This document shows, in pieces, positions 48,819 to 58,539 of a stretch of DNA of 64,000 bases. Position numbers and translations under genes: made by a program. The stretch is from IMG/VR virus record IMGVR_UViG_3300045988_100580, positions 17,594-81,593 of that record, one strand, 5' to 3'. Each line of letters begins with the position of its first letter. The first letter of the stretch is position 1. The notes under the pieces are model-generated. The model saw nothing but the letters and a program-made list of their open reading frames with translations, ran no database searches and was not told the origin of the DNA. This DNA is from a virus.

Positions 48819-49305
48819 TCTTCTTCTCGCCTAATTTTTCAGCTCCCTTCTGAAGATCATATTTGAATACGTCAATGATCTTCGTTTCAGCAATAGCTTC
48901 GCAATTCCAGTCGCCTAACGTGCCCTGCATACCTTTAGTCAACACAGCTTCGGCATCCTTAGGATTGCCGGCCTGGACATACATATAGCATGGAGTTTTC
49001 TTTTCTTTACCTTTCTTTTCATCCAGTGTAATGTAATTTACCTTACACTTATACCAGTACTCAGCTTCTCCGTTGAAGAAGATTTCCGACACTTTAATAG
49101 GATTTATTTTAACAATGTCGAACACTTGAAATAAATCCTTGAAAATCTCTAAAGATCTTGATTCTGCCTCTGTATAAGATAAGGCATCTACCAAATACTT
49201 TTCAGTTACTTTCTTTTTTTTGCCGTTCTCGATATTATCAATCTCGGCTTTTACTGTGATTTCAAACCAACGATTCATGTCTATATTTTTATTCAAATTA
49301 ATCAA
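48808..49305 (-). CDS. DUF4494-like protein
   Basis: Pattern EAEYWYKCKVNYITLDEKKGKEKK…YMYVQAGNPKDAEA…DWNCEAIAETKIIDV resembles the DUF4494 family common in Bacteroidota phages. Confidence 0.4.
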   Translation of the reverse strand: MINLNKNIDMNRWFEITVKAEIDNIENGKKKKVTEKYLVDALSYTEAESRSLEIFKDLFQVFDIVKINPIKVSEIFFNGEAEYWYKCKVNYITLDEKKGKEKKTPCYMYVQAGNPKDAEAVLTKGMQGTLGDWNCEAIAETKIIDVFKYDLQKGAEKLGEKKSEE

Positions 49306-49730
49306 TCCATTTCCTTTTGTACCATAAAGCGTTTACACCTTGATAATTTCAATTTCTTGTATGTAATATCTCTTTGGTTTTTACCATCAATATCTCGAAT
49401 ATTAAAACTACCGGTTTTACGCCTTGCGAATATAAAATAATAACTGTTTTCAAACATAACCCTATCAAACAATCGGAAACAACACTTAGGCTAATAATCG
49501 GAATAGCTTTTGGCTATTATGCATAATACAATACAAATTGTTTATGATTTGTATGGGTTATGCATTATTCTCGATTATTCGTGGCCACGAAATACTTACA
49601 CCCCTCTAAGTGCGTCAGGGCTTCAATCATAGCTTCTTTTATCTCTTTTTCTTCCATTCTGTTTGTTTTTTTGGACAAAGATATGCCTTTTGATAATAAA
49701 AAAGATTCAAAATGATTTAATTTAGCTTAA
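49306..49730. promoter_or_regulatory. 425-bp noncoding island inside the leftward gene array, with a 14-bp perfect palindrome TTCGTGGCCACGAA (49579-49592) and several hairpins and direct repeats
   Basis: No ORF over 30 codons. Contains AATAGC/GCTATT and TACAAAT/ATTTGTA hairpins and a TTATGCAT(A/T)AT direct repeat. Confidence 0.45.
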
Positions 49731-50399
49731 TTACTGCTCTTTTGATTCGTCCGGTATAGGCATGTCAAACTTTTTTCTGATAAACGACTCTGTTTCTTCG
49801 TTGAATGGATAGGCCTCCTTGATAAAATTCATAGCTACCTCCATGTCACCGTCTGCTATATCTTTATACCTTTCAAAGATACCAACCAGGTCATTGTTGT
49901 ATGAACGTTCTTGTTTTATGTTGTACACGTATTTCAATACCCTGTCTTTGATTTCATTGGCTTTTTTCACAGTATCATTGAAAGAATTTATACTTTCCAA
50001 TTCTGGATCTTTGTTTTCCTTGTTTACCTTATCAAACTCTTCCTTGCTATATCCCGCTTCTCCTGTAATGGCTGGGCAAACACTTCCATTTATGATCCAA
50101 AACTGCTCATACGATCCTATCAGAAACTTTGATTCCATTTTAAATGCATTATATTTAATAAGCAAATTAGCCACCTCTGTTGCACCTTCTATGGTTCTAA
50201 AACCGATGCCGATATCTTTTAACATAAATACTGGAACTCCAGTTCTTGGATACACGACTTCTTTTTTGTTCTTTATATTCCAGTTTTTAGCTTCAATTGG
50301 AATACCTTTACCAGCAAGCTCTTTGTCTATATACAGATATATCTCTTTGCATGTCAATGACACAATCTCATCTCTGCTTAAATCAAAAACTGTTTTCAT
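49731..50399 (-). CDS. Hypothetical protein, 222 aa
   Basis: Protein-like composition. Preferred over the low-complexity opposite-strand ORF 49819..50421. Confidence 0.55.
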   Translation of the reverse strand: MKTVFDLSRDEIVSLTCKEIYLYIDKELAGKGIPIEAKNWNIKNKKEVVYPRTGVPVFMLKDIGIGFRTIEGATEVANLLIKYNAFKMESKFLIGSYEQFWIINGSVCPAITGEAGYSKEEFDKVNKENKDPELESINSFNDTVKKANEIKDRVLKYVYNIKQERSYNNDLVGIFERYKDIADGDMEVAMNFIKEAYPFNEETESFIRKKFDMPIPDESKEQ

Positions 50400-50599
50400 T
50401 TATTTTTATTTATTAAATTAAACAATCTACCTCTTTGTTCGGGCTCCGTATATTCAACCCATATATCGGCTGCCACATTTCTAAGAAATTCCATAAAGTC
50501 TTGATGATCCCTGTATTCAGCAGAATCAACTTTTCTCACAAAACTTAGAATTTCCTTTAACATCTTATTGTTTTCTTCAAGAAGTTCTCTGTCGGTCAT
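50396..50599 (-). CDS. Hypothetical protein, 67 aa
   Basis: ORF track. Confidence 0.4.
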   Translation of the reverse strand: MTDRELLEENNKMLKEILSFVRKVDSAEYRDHQDFMEFLRNVAADIWVEYTEPEQRGRLFNLINKNK

Positions 50600-50719
50600 A
50601 ACCTTTCATATTTTCTTCTTAAGTCTTTACCTGCCCAGATATCATGATCTTTTTCTTGTTCTTGATAAATCTTTGCTGCTTTTTCAATATCTTCTCTTTT
50701 CATAATTTTATACTTTAAT

Positions 50720-51223
50720 CTAACCTCCAATAAAATCATCGGGAGTTATATATCCTACTGATTCCATACGGTCTATAATCTCATTCGCATTCATTTCTGA
50801 ACCGTTCCATTCAAGTATGATTTCATTTCCTGAAGCCATGCTCAAATTAGGCTCATTATCTCTAAATCCTGAGAAAGCAAGATGTTCCCAAATGGATTGC
50901 AGTGCAAGATCCGCTTCGTTTTGTTTGTTTTCTGCTTTCTTTATGGCATTTCTTAATTTTTTATTCATTATCACCCCCCTTTCTTCTTCGCATGGGAGCA
51001 AGTCCTCGATGTATGCCCAGCGCATATAATGATCCTTTTCTGAAAGTTCTTCCCATGGCTTGCTCTTGGTTAAATAGACCAAATCATAAGCACCGTCAAT
51101 ATCCTCCACAATGAGCAGTTTCCCTTTGTCTGGCTTTTCTCTTGCATCGTGCCACACGCTGTTAATGCGCCATTCTGCACCAGCTTTAAAAAGAGGAACA
51201 GCAAATTCTATATCTTGTTTCAT
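50720..51223 (-). CDS. Hypothetical protein, 167 aa
   Basis: ORF track. Confidence 0.5.
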   Translation of the reverse strand: MKQDIEFAVPLFKAGAEWRINSVWHDAREKPDKGKLLIVEDIDGAYDLVYLTKSKPWEELSEKDHYMRWAYIEDLLPCEEERGVIMNKKLRNAIKKAENKQNEADLALQSIWEHLAFSGFRDNEPNLSMASGNEIILEWNGSEMNANEIIDRMESVGYITPDDFIGG

Positions 51224-51267
51224 GTCTTATTATTGTTTAATTAATTTAAATATTTTTAGTTTTGAAA

Positions 51268-51513
51268 TTATTTAATATGCTTATCGGCTGGATTGATTAT
51301 CAATCCATCGTCACATGAAGGGAATGATATGTTAGATTCTCCATTATCAAGATTAGTCAGTTTAACCGTTCCAGCATATTCATCATCCACAAAAAACAAT
51401 TGATCCGAAGAAACCACAAACCTGCATTGATATGCATTCATCATTGCTCCAAGTTGTCTAATCTTAGTTTTAATCTCTAAAAGTTGAGCGTTGTTGATTA
51501 TATTCTTATTCAT
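51268..51513 (-). CDS. Hypothetical protein, 81 aa
   Basis: ORF track. Confidence 0.4.
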   Translation of the reverse strand: MNKNIINNAQLLEIKTKIRQLGAMMNAYQCRFVVSSDQLFFVDDEYAGTVKLTNLDNGESNISFPSCDDGLIINPADKHIK

Positions 51514-51666
51514 ATTTTATTAAAGTTTATCTATTATTTTGTCACCCATTTCCTGCCATTCATCACTCACGCTTATAACCAATCCTATGACAGTGAATGA
51601 TAATAACAACGTAAAAATAAGCCATAACAGAAAGCAGATAAAAACACATACATACCTTATGATTTT

Positions 51667-52413
51667 TCAGTTGTTAGATAAAAGCAAAATCGGTTCATTT
51701 GACTCCGCAATTGCTTTTATTTGTTCTGGATTGATAAAACTCTTGACTTGTTCACTTATCTTACAAATAGATTTGATCATATCAACGAATAATTTTGAGG
51801 TGCATTCGTTGCATTCCACTTCCATTACCGGCTTATATCGATTGTATGACATACCTGCTACACAATTCAGCCAGTGCGCATAGGTTCCTTTTTCTGTATT
51901 TAACCTGCTGTATTCTACTTTTGTCTCTCCATTTCCATATTCAATTACTCTTTTTAGAAATGGTTTTGCATAAACACTAAAACCGAAAGGTTGGGTGTTT
52001 AAGGCATCTAAACGGGAAGTTCCATCCCTCCATTCTCCATTTTCATCGCCTCCTGTCCATTCCTTAGAGGGGTTAGGGACAATATTTCCGTTTTTGTCAT
52101 AGGAAAACATGCAATTCGTTTCCAGTTGATACTTAATAATAGGCACTTCTTCTACTATTTTATAACTCAAACATCTCTTTAAAACTTCCCTGATTTGACT
52201 TTCCAAATCAGAAAGTGCTATACTATTAAAATATCCTTCATTGCCTAATCTGTTTGTAGGTAATTTGATCCCATAAGAATGAATCTTGTCCACATCTTCT
52301 TTTGACAAGGTAGTGGTAAACACTCCTTCTTTGGTGACATTTACTTTAACAGTTACGGACAAACTGTTGTTAGCATTCTTTTCCGTTATATTTAGTGTTG
52401 TTAATGCTGCCAT
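51667..52413 (-). CDS. Hypothetical protein, 248 aa
   Basis: ORF track. Confidence 0.5.
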   Translation of the reverse strand: MAALTTLNITEKNANNSLSVTVKVNVTKEGVFTTTLSKEDVDKIHSYGIKLPTNRLGNEGYFNSIALSDLESQIREVLKRCLSYKIVEEVPIIKYQLETNCMFSYDKNGNIVPNPSKEWTGGDENGEWRDGTSRLDALNTQPFGFSVYAKPFLKRVIEYGNGETKVEYSRLNTEKGTYAHWLNCVAGMSYNRYKPVMEVECNECTSKLFVDMIKSICKISEQVKSFINPEQIKAIAESNEPILLLSNN

Positions 52414-52431
52414 AATCAGAACTTTTTAAAA

Positions 52432-52683
52432 TCAATTCGAATAAATATAATACATTCCTGCTTCATATACCTTATGTACATCAGGGTCATTCTTGTCTTC
52501 CGGTTCCAATTCACTCTCTTCGCGAGTATAATCCCATTCAGAGTTGTAGTACATATCCTCATTTGTTTTCTCCAAGGAGCAATCTTTCATCAAATTCATA
52601 TTTTCTCCCCATACTGCAACTTCTTGTCGTTGCTCTTCTTCTGTCATAAGGGATATTTTGTCTTTTAATTCTTTCCAGGTCAT
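52432..52683 (-). CDS. Hypothetical acidic protein, 83 aa
   Basis: ORF track. Confidence 0.4.
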   Translation of the reverse strand: MTWKELKDKISLMTEEEQRQEVAVWGENMNLMKDCSLEKTNEDMYYNSEWDYTREESELEPEDKNDPDVHKVYEAGMYYIYSN

Positions 52684-52707
52684 GATTTCTAAAATATGAT
52701 CAATAAT

Positions 52708-53091
52708 TCATTCTACATCAAAAAGTTGATCTAACACCAATAATTCTGCATCCATATCTTCATCTTTCGGGAAACGAACTTTTATATTTCCAAACTTAGA
52801 TGTCTTAAACAAGATGTAGGGGTTCATGTCTTCGGCGGTCACCGGCTTATATTCCTTAACTTCCGACATCTTGAGATACCAGTCACCTATTTTTACAAAC
52901 CCAGAAAAGATAGAACACAGATGCGCTTTTACAGACTGTATCTCCTTTTTATCTTTGAAAGGTATAATTTCGTCCTTTCCCCTTATCCTGATTGACAAGA
53001 AAGGACGAATGTTATCTGTTTCATTTTGAAATTTGAAGCCTGTTATGGCTTGCTTGGGGATTCTTCTTCCCATTAATATAAAATAGCTCAT
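52708..53091 (-). CDS. Hypothetical protein, 127 aa
   Basis: ORF track. Confidence 0.45.
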   Translation of the reverse strand: MSYFILMGRRIPKQAITGFKFQNETDNIRPFLSIRIRGKDEIIPFKDKKEIQSVKAHLCSIFSGFVKIGDWYLKMSEVKEYKPVTAEDMNPYILFKTSKFGNIKVRFPKDEDMDAELLVLDQLFDVE

Positions 53092-53402
53092 TGTGATAAG
53101 TGATTTTGTTTTATATCAGGTAAGTAATTTGTAATAACATCAAGTGATATCCACAACTCTGGCTCTATGCTGTTTTTTATTCTATCACTGAAAAGAGAAT
53201 TATCATCACAATCACAATGAGAGATTGTGACATAACAATCTTGATAATCCCACCAATGAGCCGATTTAAAATCGTCCCCTCCATTCCAGAATCCTATTCT
53301 TATACCTCTTGGGTTGAAATCTTCATCTATCCAACTTGGGTGATAAGCCAACACTTCTTCTCCCTCTGAAGGTTTTTCCTCTTTGAATTTCTTCCAGTTC
53401 AT
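53088..53402 (-). CDS. DUF551-like small protein
   Basis: W-rich pattern WKKFKEEKP…VLAYHPSW…GFWNGG…AHWWDY…VTISH. Confidence 0.35.
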   Translation of the reverse strand: MNWKKFKEEKPSEGEEVLAYHPSWIDEDFNPRGIRIGFWNGGDDFKSAHWWDYQDCYVTISHCDCDDNSLFSDRIKNSIEPELWISLDVITNYLPDIKQNHLSQ

Positions 53403-53413
53403 CTCACCTTTAA

Positions 53414-54211
53414 TTAATTAGACACAAATATACAAGTTTTACTAAGATGCCCTTCTGTCATCTCTATGAAATTCACACAATCTAATTTGCTTAATTTGTA
53501 AATCAATGCCGGATTGTGTACTATGGCTATAATTTGCGTTTGTGGTTTATGGAATGACAATACATTATAAATTTGCATTATATTGTCAATGTCAAGATTC
53601 CTGTCTGGCTCATCCATGAGAACCGTGTATTCAAAACTGCTTTTTGTTAATGTTATGCGATTTCTTTTATAATACTTCAACAGATTATCAATTCTTTTAA
53701 TCCAAAACGCATTTGATTTTTTCTTGTATTCTACAAGATCTTGTATTGGAAACGTATAATCCTTTTGACCGAACATTAAATTGAAAAGTGATTCCAATGA
53801 TAACACCACTTTCTCTCCATAAGATCTTCTAATATTATTCACATACAAATCTAAATTGCTGATGTTTTTCAATACACCATCTCGATTCATCTCCGCCGAC
53901 GGTAATAAACGGAATACTTTCCCTGCATAATCGGATGATATGTCAATCCCATCAAGAACCTTGTCATCATCATCAAATATAGGTGGAAAATCCAGTGCCT
54001 CGATCGGCATTTCAGAGCACATAGACTTCTCACACAACATATACATTGATATGATATTAAGTAAGGTCGATTTTCCACTACCGTTTTTACCTATAATTAC
54101 ATTCACTCCTGGCTTGAAAATAAATTCTCTGCCATTTTCAAATGTTTCTATGTCCGAAACATATTTAAATGGAGTTTTCGTATTGTCTTTTATTTTTACT
54201 GATGTTATCAT
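53414..54211 (-). CDS. Small ABC-type (AAA_21-like) ATPase, 265 aa
   Basis: Walker A GKNGSGKST, Walker B/D-loop LMDEPDRNLD, H-loop IVHNP. Confidence 0.65.
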   Translation of the reverse strand: MITSVKIKDNTKTPFKYVSDIETFENGREFIFKPGVNVIIGKNGSGKSTLLNIISMYMLCEKSMCSEMPIEALDFPPIFDDDDKVLDGIDISSDYAGKVFRLLPSAEMNRDGVLKNISNLDLYVNNIRRSYGEKVVLSLESLFNLMFGQKDYTFPIQDLVEYKKKSNAFWIKRIDNLLKYYKRNRITLTKSSFEYTVLMDEPDRNLDIDNIMQIYNVLSFHKPQTQIIAIVHNPALIYKLSKLDCVNFIEMTEGHLSKTCIFVSN

Positions 54212-54222
54212 TGTAATCCTTT

Positions 54223-55077
54223 TTAAAAATCAATTACCGTCCGAACCATGTCTCCGATGTGCTTGTTGCCGGTGCCCGTGAGGCCACTGGAGAAGACCAC
54301 GTACCACGCGACGGCCTGGCTGCTCTCAGTGCTGGACCAATACCACGTCGAGGAGAGGGGAGATGCCGAAACATAAGCGAATGCTTTGTTTAGTTCGTCC
54401 ATATAATGGGCCATTAAATTTAATTGACCAAGAGATGGTATATACTCGCCATCTTCCAGCAGATTTCTCAATTTTGGATTTCTGGCTACAAGGCGTTCCG
54501 TATTGCCGCGTCCGTCAATGTCAAACAGCGCATCACATTCACGTTCGTAATATGTCCCACTTCCGGATTCTTCACGGCTATCATCGTCAAGCAATTGTAC
54601 GATATCATGCTCCGTCAGTGAGATTGCAAATGACATGTATCTGTGCTTCAACCCGATGTATCGTACACAATCTTTGGAGTTATCGCCGGTAAACGGCTCT
54701 GCATGTCCGTCTTCGTAGATTATATACAGTCCGTCAGTTGACTCTTTCTTATCCTCTTCGGATGGTACTCTGTTTTCACATGTACATTTCTCACTTTTGG
54801 ATCTTACGATTATATTCAATTCATTTAATACATGATTCCTGATGACGCTCTCGCACGCTCTTCTTACAAAATCATGATCTCTTTGTTTGAGTTCATCATT
54901 CACCATGCATCTGATCCAGTTTTCTATCTGGTTGTCACCTCCATATGTATTAACCATGTACCGTTTTACGTGTTTCTCCAATAACGGCTCTATGTTTTTG
55001 ATTATATCTTCTTTGGTAAGGTGAAGTTCATTTAATATACAGTTCCTTACTGCCCTGTATTCTTTACTTGTGCTCAT
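54223..55077 (-). CDS. DUF1566 (Lcl C-terminal domain) protein
   Basis: C-terminal WYWSSTESSQAVAWYVVFSSGLTGTGNKHIGDMVRTVIDF matches the DUF1566 signature. Confidence 0.55.
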   Translation of the reverse strand: MSTSKEYRAVRNCILNELHLTKEDIIKNIEPLLEKHVKRYMVNTYGGDNQIENWIRCMVNDELKQRDHDFVRRACESVIRNHVLNELNIIVRSKSEKCTCENRVPSEEDKKESTDGLYIIYEDGHAEPFTGDNSKDCVRYIGLKHRYMSFAISLTEHDIVQLLDDDSREESGSGTYYERECDALFDIDGRGNTERLVARNPKLRNLLEDGEYIPSLGQLNLMAHYMDELNKAFAYVSASPLSSTWYWSSTESSQAVAWYVVFSSGLTGTGNKHIGDMVRTVIDF

Positions 55078-55099
55078 AATATTCTGTTATTTTTTTTAA

Positions 55100-55762
55100 T
55101 TAATCCCATCCTCCATCAGCATACAAAGAAACATCTTCATCTTCTACGTTTACACCTTTAATAGCCTGTAGAAGTTTTTTCTTTGTCTCCCGGCACATAT
55201 TGTAACCATATCCTTTATACCGATATGAGCGCTCCCATGTACTTACTGGAAAAGGGATATTTTCGTCAATAACCAGCCTCTTCATATGAAGATGTTCGAA
55301 GAATTTCTCATGATAGAGTAGTTTGTACTCGTATGCTACTATACTTGCAGATGAGAATGGAAAATAATCATCTTCTTTTTCTTCGTATTTGGGCTCCTTA
55401 TAGTAAGCCGTTTTTGTCACAGTAAAATCGAAGCTCCTAAGAATCTCTTTCGGCTTTCCAAACTCTGACTCTATGAACTCTATCCATACCTTTTCTCCCT
55501 CTTTCTGGAACGCACATACCTTCTCATTTCTGTACTTAAATCTCCACCCTTCTTTTTGGTGTTTTTCATCATTGAACAAATTGACAGCTTCCTGAAAATC
55601 GCTTTCGCTTTCAAAGAATACATCAATATCTTTCACTTTTTCCTCAGAAAGAATATTCTTAAAACATCCACCAGCTATGAACCCCTTGTGACCTTCCATA
55701 TACTTGTCAAGCCATCTTATTTGCCAGAAATTATCTGGAGTATCTATTACAAAATTATTCAT
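55100..55762 (-). CDS. Pol-beta-superfamily nucleotidyltransferase-like protein
   Basis: GFIAGGCFKNILSEEKVKDIDVFF fits the hG[GS]x9-13DhDh NTase motif, with downstream acidic residues (IEFIESE, SFDFT). Confidence 0.4.
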   Translation of the reverse strand: MNNFVIDTPDNFWQIRWLDKYMEGHKGFIAGGCFKNILSEEKVKDIDVFFESESDFQEAVNLFNDEKHQKEGWRFKYRNEKVCAFQKEGEKVWIEFIESEFGKPKEILRSFDFTVTKTAYYKEPKYEEKEDDYFPFSSASIVAYEYKLLYHEKFFEHLHMKRLVIDENIPFPVSTWERSYRYKGYGYNMCRETKKKLLQAIKGVNVEDEDVSLYADGGWD

Positions 55763-55780
55763 ATTGTTTATGTTTTACCG

Positions 55781-56035
55781 TTACCAAGCGAGATAAAAAT
55801 TCCGCTTCACAATAATACAATGAGTGTAATTACTCAGGTCGATTCCGTTGTCCGTAAATGCATCCAGGACCCGTTTTTCCACGTATTTGAGTTTTACTGT
55901 TATCCCCTTCTTAAACACTTCTATTAACTTCTCATTGCACTCAATAGGTCCAATAAGACAGTATCTATTCGAGGGACTGTCTGATATACAATATGTCTGA
56001 CATCCTAACATGTTGCTTAAAATATTCTCATACAT
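55781..56035 (-). CDS. Hypothetical protein, 84 aa
   Basis: ORF track. Confidence 0.4.
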   Translation of the reverse strand: MYENILSNMLGCQTYCISDSPSNRYCLIGPIECNEKLIEVFKKGITVKLKYVEKRVLDAFTDNGIDLSNYTHCIIVKRNFYLAW

Positions 56036-56160
56036 ATTTTCTATATTTTACAATTCTTAGCTATGTTACTTAATTCAGCGGTCATTATCAAATCTGATAG
56101 TGACCGCCCCGCATGCACATTTTTGAATAAATTTTACTTTTAATAATTTTCTCATTAGAG

Positions 56161-56436
56161 TTATCCTCTATTTACTTTTTTCTTTATTTCTTCCGCGATC
56201 TCTTCTAATGTTGTTGGAGATAAATAATCATCTACCCTCAACTCTCTTACATAACCTAAGCAATCCAGACCCTTAGCGTCTATTTCCTGCCTCTCTTCGT
56301 CGACCCATCTTAAAGTGCCATTTTCTCCACATTCCGGGCATTTATCTGCCCCACATGGAAGAAGCATTTGCGCCCCACATAAGACACATCTCACCCAGTC
56401 TCCATGCTGCACCCCTTCGTATGTTATTGTTTTCAT
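56161..56436 (-). CDS. Zinc-ribbon protein, 91 aa (CVLCG…CPECG)
   Basis: Two CxxC pairs. Confidence 0.45.
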   Translation of the reverse strand: MKTITYEGVQHGDWVRCVLCGAQMLLPCGADKCPECGENGTLRWVDEERQEIDAKGLDCLGYVRELRVDDYLSPTTLEEIAEEIKKKVNRG

Positions 56437-56617
56437 ATTTGTTATCCATTTTTATTAGTTCCCTTTATATCCGACCTCAAAAGCTATCGGGTCATGTTTT
56501 CTAAGCATCCTGCCATAATACAGAGAGCGTGACCGGTCTTTGCCGCCTATTATCCATTCTTCGGAAGACAAGCTGAGACCGATTCCATCCAGATATGACT
56601 CAAATGCTTTTCGGGTA

Positions 56618-57064
56618 TCAGCACGCTGTTTCATATTCTTCCATATATTTTATATGCAGACTGAGGCAAACTTCTTTTGCTGTGTAAGTCCGGTAACTGT
56701 TTCCGAATATCTCTTCCGCTCCATAATAGGAAACCAAATCATATATTCTTGTAGCGACCGGACGAAGCAACCAGTCATTCCAAGTATCACCGACATAGGA
56801 ACAAAACGACTTCAAATCATCTTTTGCCCAACCTGTCAAAAACATCTCACGCATATCTTCCTCGCTTATCCAACTGTACGAAAACTTATTTGGTTCATAA
56901 GGATTGCGGTATATACATTGCCAGCTTTTTTCTTTGGTAATATATCTCACCAATAACCCATACTCAAAAAGGCTGGTAACTTTGTCACAATCCATACCAT
57001 GCCACACGGTTCTATCAAATTTCTTTGTTGCCATATTCAACTCTCCATTTTTAGTTTGCACCAC
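56618..57064 (-). CDS. Hypothetical protein, 148 aa
   Basis: Preferred over the overlapping plus-strand ORFs. Confidence 0.5.
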   Translation of the reverse strand: MVQTKNGELNMATKKFDRTVWHGMDCDKVTSLFEYGLLVRYITKEKSWQCIYRNPYEPNKFSYSWISEEDMREMFLTGWAKDDLKSFCSYVGDTWNDWLLRPVATRIYDLVSYYGAEEIFGNSYRTYTAKEVCLSLHIKYMEEYETAC

Positions 57065-57395
57065 TCACATCCTCGTCACCAGGCAGATAATCTATGATGT
57101 ACGACAAGTGTCCGGCGAATACATCGTTCGGTTCAAATTCTACCACTTCTCTGCTTTCTTTGTCTCTTCCCTTTATTTTAAGCACATTGTTCACAATTTG
57201 AACTTCATATATCTCCACATCTGTCGGATTCAGAGATATACTATCCATGTTTACTGCTATGATTGGATATTCGGCTTCACCATCATATATATCCCATATA
57301 TAGCAACCACCGACAGATTTGATGGCTGCTTTTAATTCACATTGTTCCTGTAACTTGATTTCTTCTATCAGTTTGTAAAAATCGGTATGTTTCAT
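57051..57395 (-). CDS. Hypothetical protein, 114 aa
   Basis: ORF track. Confidence 0.45.
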   Translation of the reverse strand: MKHTDFYKLIEEIKLQEQCELKAAIKSVGGCYIWDIYDGEAEYPIIAVNMDSISLNPTDVEIYEVQIVNNVLKIKGRDKESREVVEFEPNDVFAGHLSYIIDYLPGDEDVSGAN

Positions 57396-57401
57396 GATTA
57401 T

Positions 57402-57710
57402 TCATTTTTCAGTGTTATACATCAAATCTTCTGCTACTCCGTTCGGGCATCGTTCATCAAACCAATGCCATACATCAAACTTGTCTGTCCCTGATGGGAA
57501 GTCCAGAAAATCTTCTTCAATTTCATCGTTCTCGTTCACCGGAAACTGATCATCAAAGTCAAACGCATTATTATCTTCTCCCCATTTTTTAAATTTTAGC
57601 TTTATACTTCCACCGTTCTCCACTAATGCCTCTTTGATGTACTTTAATCTTTTTGCATTCAGATCAATCTCTGCTTTTTCTATTTCTTTGTACAATTCAT
57701 TCAGATCCAT
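57402..57710 (-). CDS. Hypothetical acidic protein, 102 aa
   Basis: ORF track. Confidence 0.45.
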   Translation of the reverse strand: MDLNELYKEIEKAEIDLNAKRLKYIKEALVENGGSIKLKFKKWGEDNNAFDFDDQFPVNENDEIEEDFLDFPSGTDKFDVWHWFDERCPNGVAEDLMYNTEK

Positions 57711-58212
57711 ATTCCACTATATTTATGTTGTCAAATTTTTCTTTTATAACATCCAAGGCTCCACACTCGTTTGTTACCATAACATACTTTCCTGGCTTCA
57801 TTCTCCACAGATTAAAATATCTTGTCACATTTATAATGCTATTAAATAATGATATTTCGTATCTTGTGTTCCCATTTTCATCATGTCCAGCTTTTTTAAA
57901 ATAACATAGGGTCGGCTTGTATTTGAAATAATTAAAAAGCCTATACCATCCCTTCCCGTTACATGTTTCACGATTCCATATTCCAGTAAGCTTCCTATAT
58001 CCCCTTACCGGTATTTTCACTATTTCCCTTGGCACGATTTCAATATACTTTCCTTCTCCGATTGGTATAGTCATATTACCTGTCTCTTCCGTGCAAAAGT
58101 ATTCTATTTCAGATGCCATGTCTTTATATACATAGAACCGGTATAGGTTCCCGTCAGGGTCTACCCGATCCATGTAATATAATATCACTTTGTCTACTTT
58201 TATCTTTTTCAT
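57697..58212 (-). CDS. Hypothetical protein, 171 aa
   Basis: ORF track. Confidence 0.5.
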   Translation of the reverse strand: MKKIKVDKVILYYMDRVDPDGNLYRFYVYKDMASEIEYFCTEETGNMTIPIGEGKYIEIVPREIVKIPVRGYRKLTGIWNRETCNGKGWYRLFNYFKYKPTLCYFKKAGHDENGNTRYEISLFNSIINVTRYFNLWRMKPGKYVMVTNECGALDVIKEKFDNINIVEYGSE

Positions 58213-58460
58213 TCCTTTATTCTACTTATCTTTAAATTGTTATTCTTACAGTATTCCTTCAACCAACTATCTGTTAGATAACGATTGACTCTATCGTATT
58301 TCTTTTTCGGACCCTTGCTCCAGAATTTCCATTCGTTTGTGATATTGTACCCATATTTATCAAACCAATAGATATAATACACTACGTTACCGTATAAATC
58401 CACTCTTTTTCTTTCCTGTATGACTACCTCATAAGGTATCTCCTTGTCTCTTTTTCCCAT
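58209..58460 (-). CDS. Hypothetical protein; start taken at ATG 58460 (MGKRDKEIPYEV…) preceded by AAGGAGG, rather than the track's GTG at 58496
   Basis: SD CCTCCTT at forward 58468-58474. The upstream extension would run into a terminator hairpin. Confidence 0.5.
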   Translation of the reverse strand: MGKRDKEIPYEVVIQERKRVDLYGNVVYYIYWFDKYGYNITNEWKFWSKGPKKKYDRVNRYLTDSWLKEYCKNNNLKISRIKE

Positions 58461-58481
58461 CTTTGTCCTCCTTTCTTGAAT

Positions 58482-58518
58482 AAAAAAAAACGGCACCTAT
58501 CTTCACAGACCAGTGCCG
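58482..58518 (-). terminator. Minus-strand intrinsic terminator: stem CGGCAC/GTGCCG (58491-58496 / 58513-58518) followed by U9 in the minus-sense RNA
   Basis: GC-rich stem. A9 run on the plus strand at 58482-58490. Confidence 0.55.
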
Positions 58519-58539
58519 GCAACTAACTCGCATGGAAAA

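Noticed and set aside
49819-50421. Plus-strand ORFs within the leftward block (49819..50421, 53940..54281, 54363..54692, 56540..56956, 56904..57335, 58949..59239 and others)
   Set aside because: The opposite-strand partners have recognisable protein-like sequence or motifs and fit the uninterrupted minus-strand operon. The plus ORFs are low-complexity.
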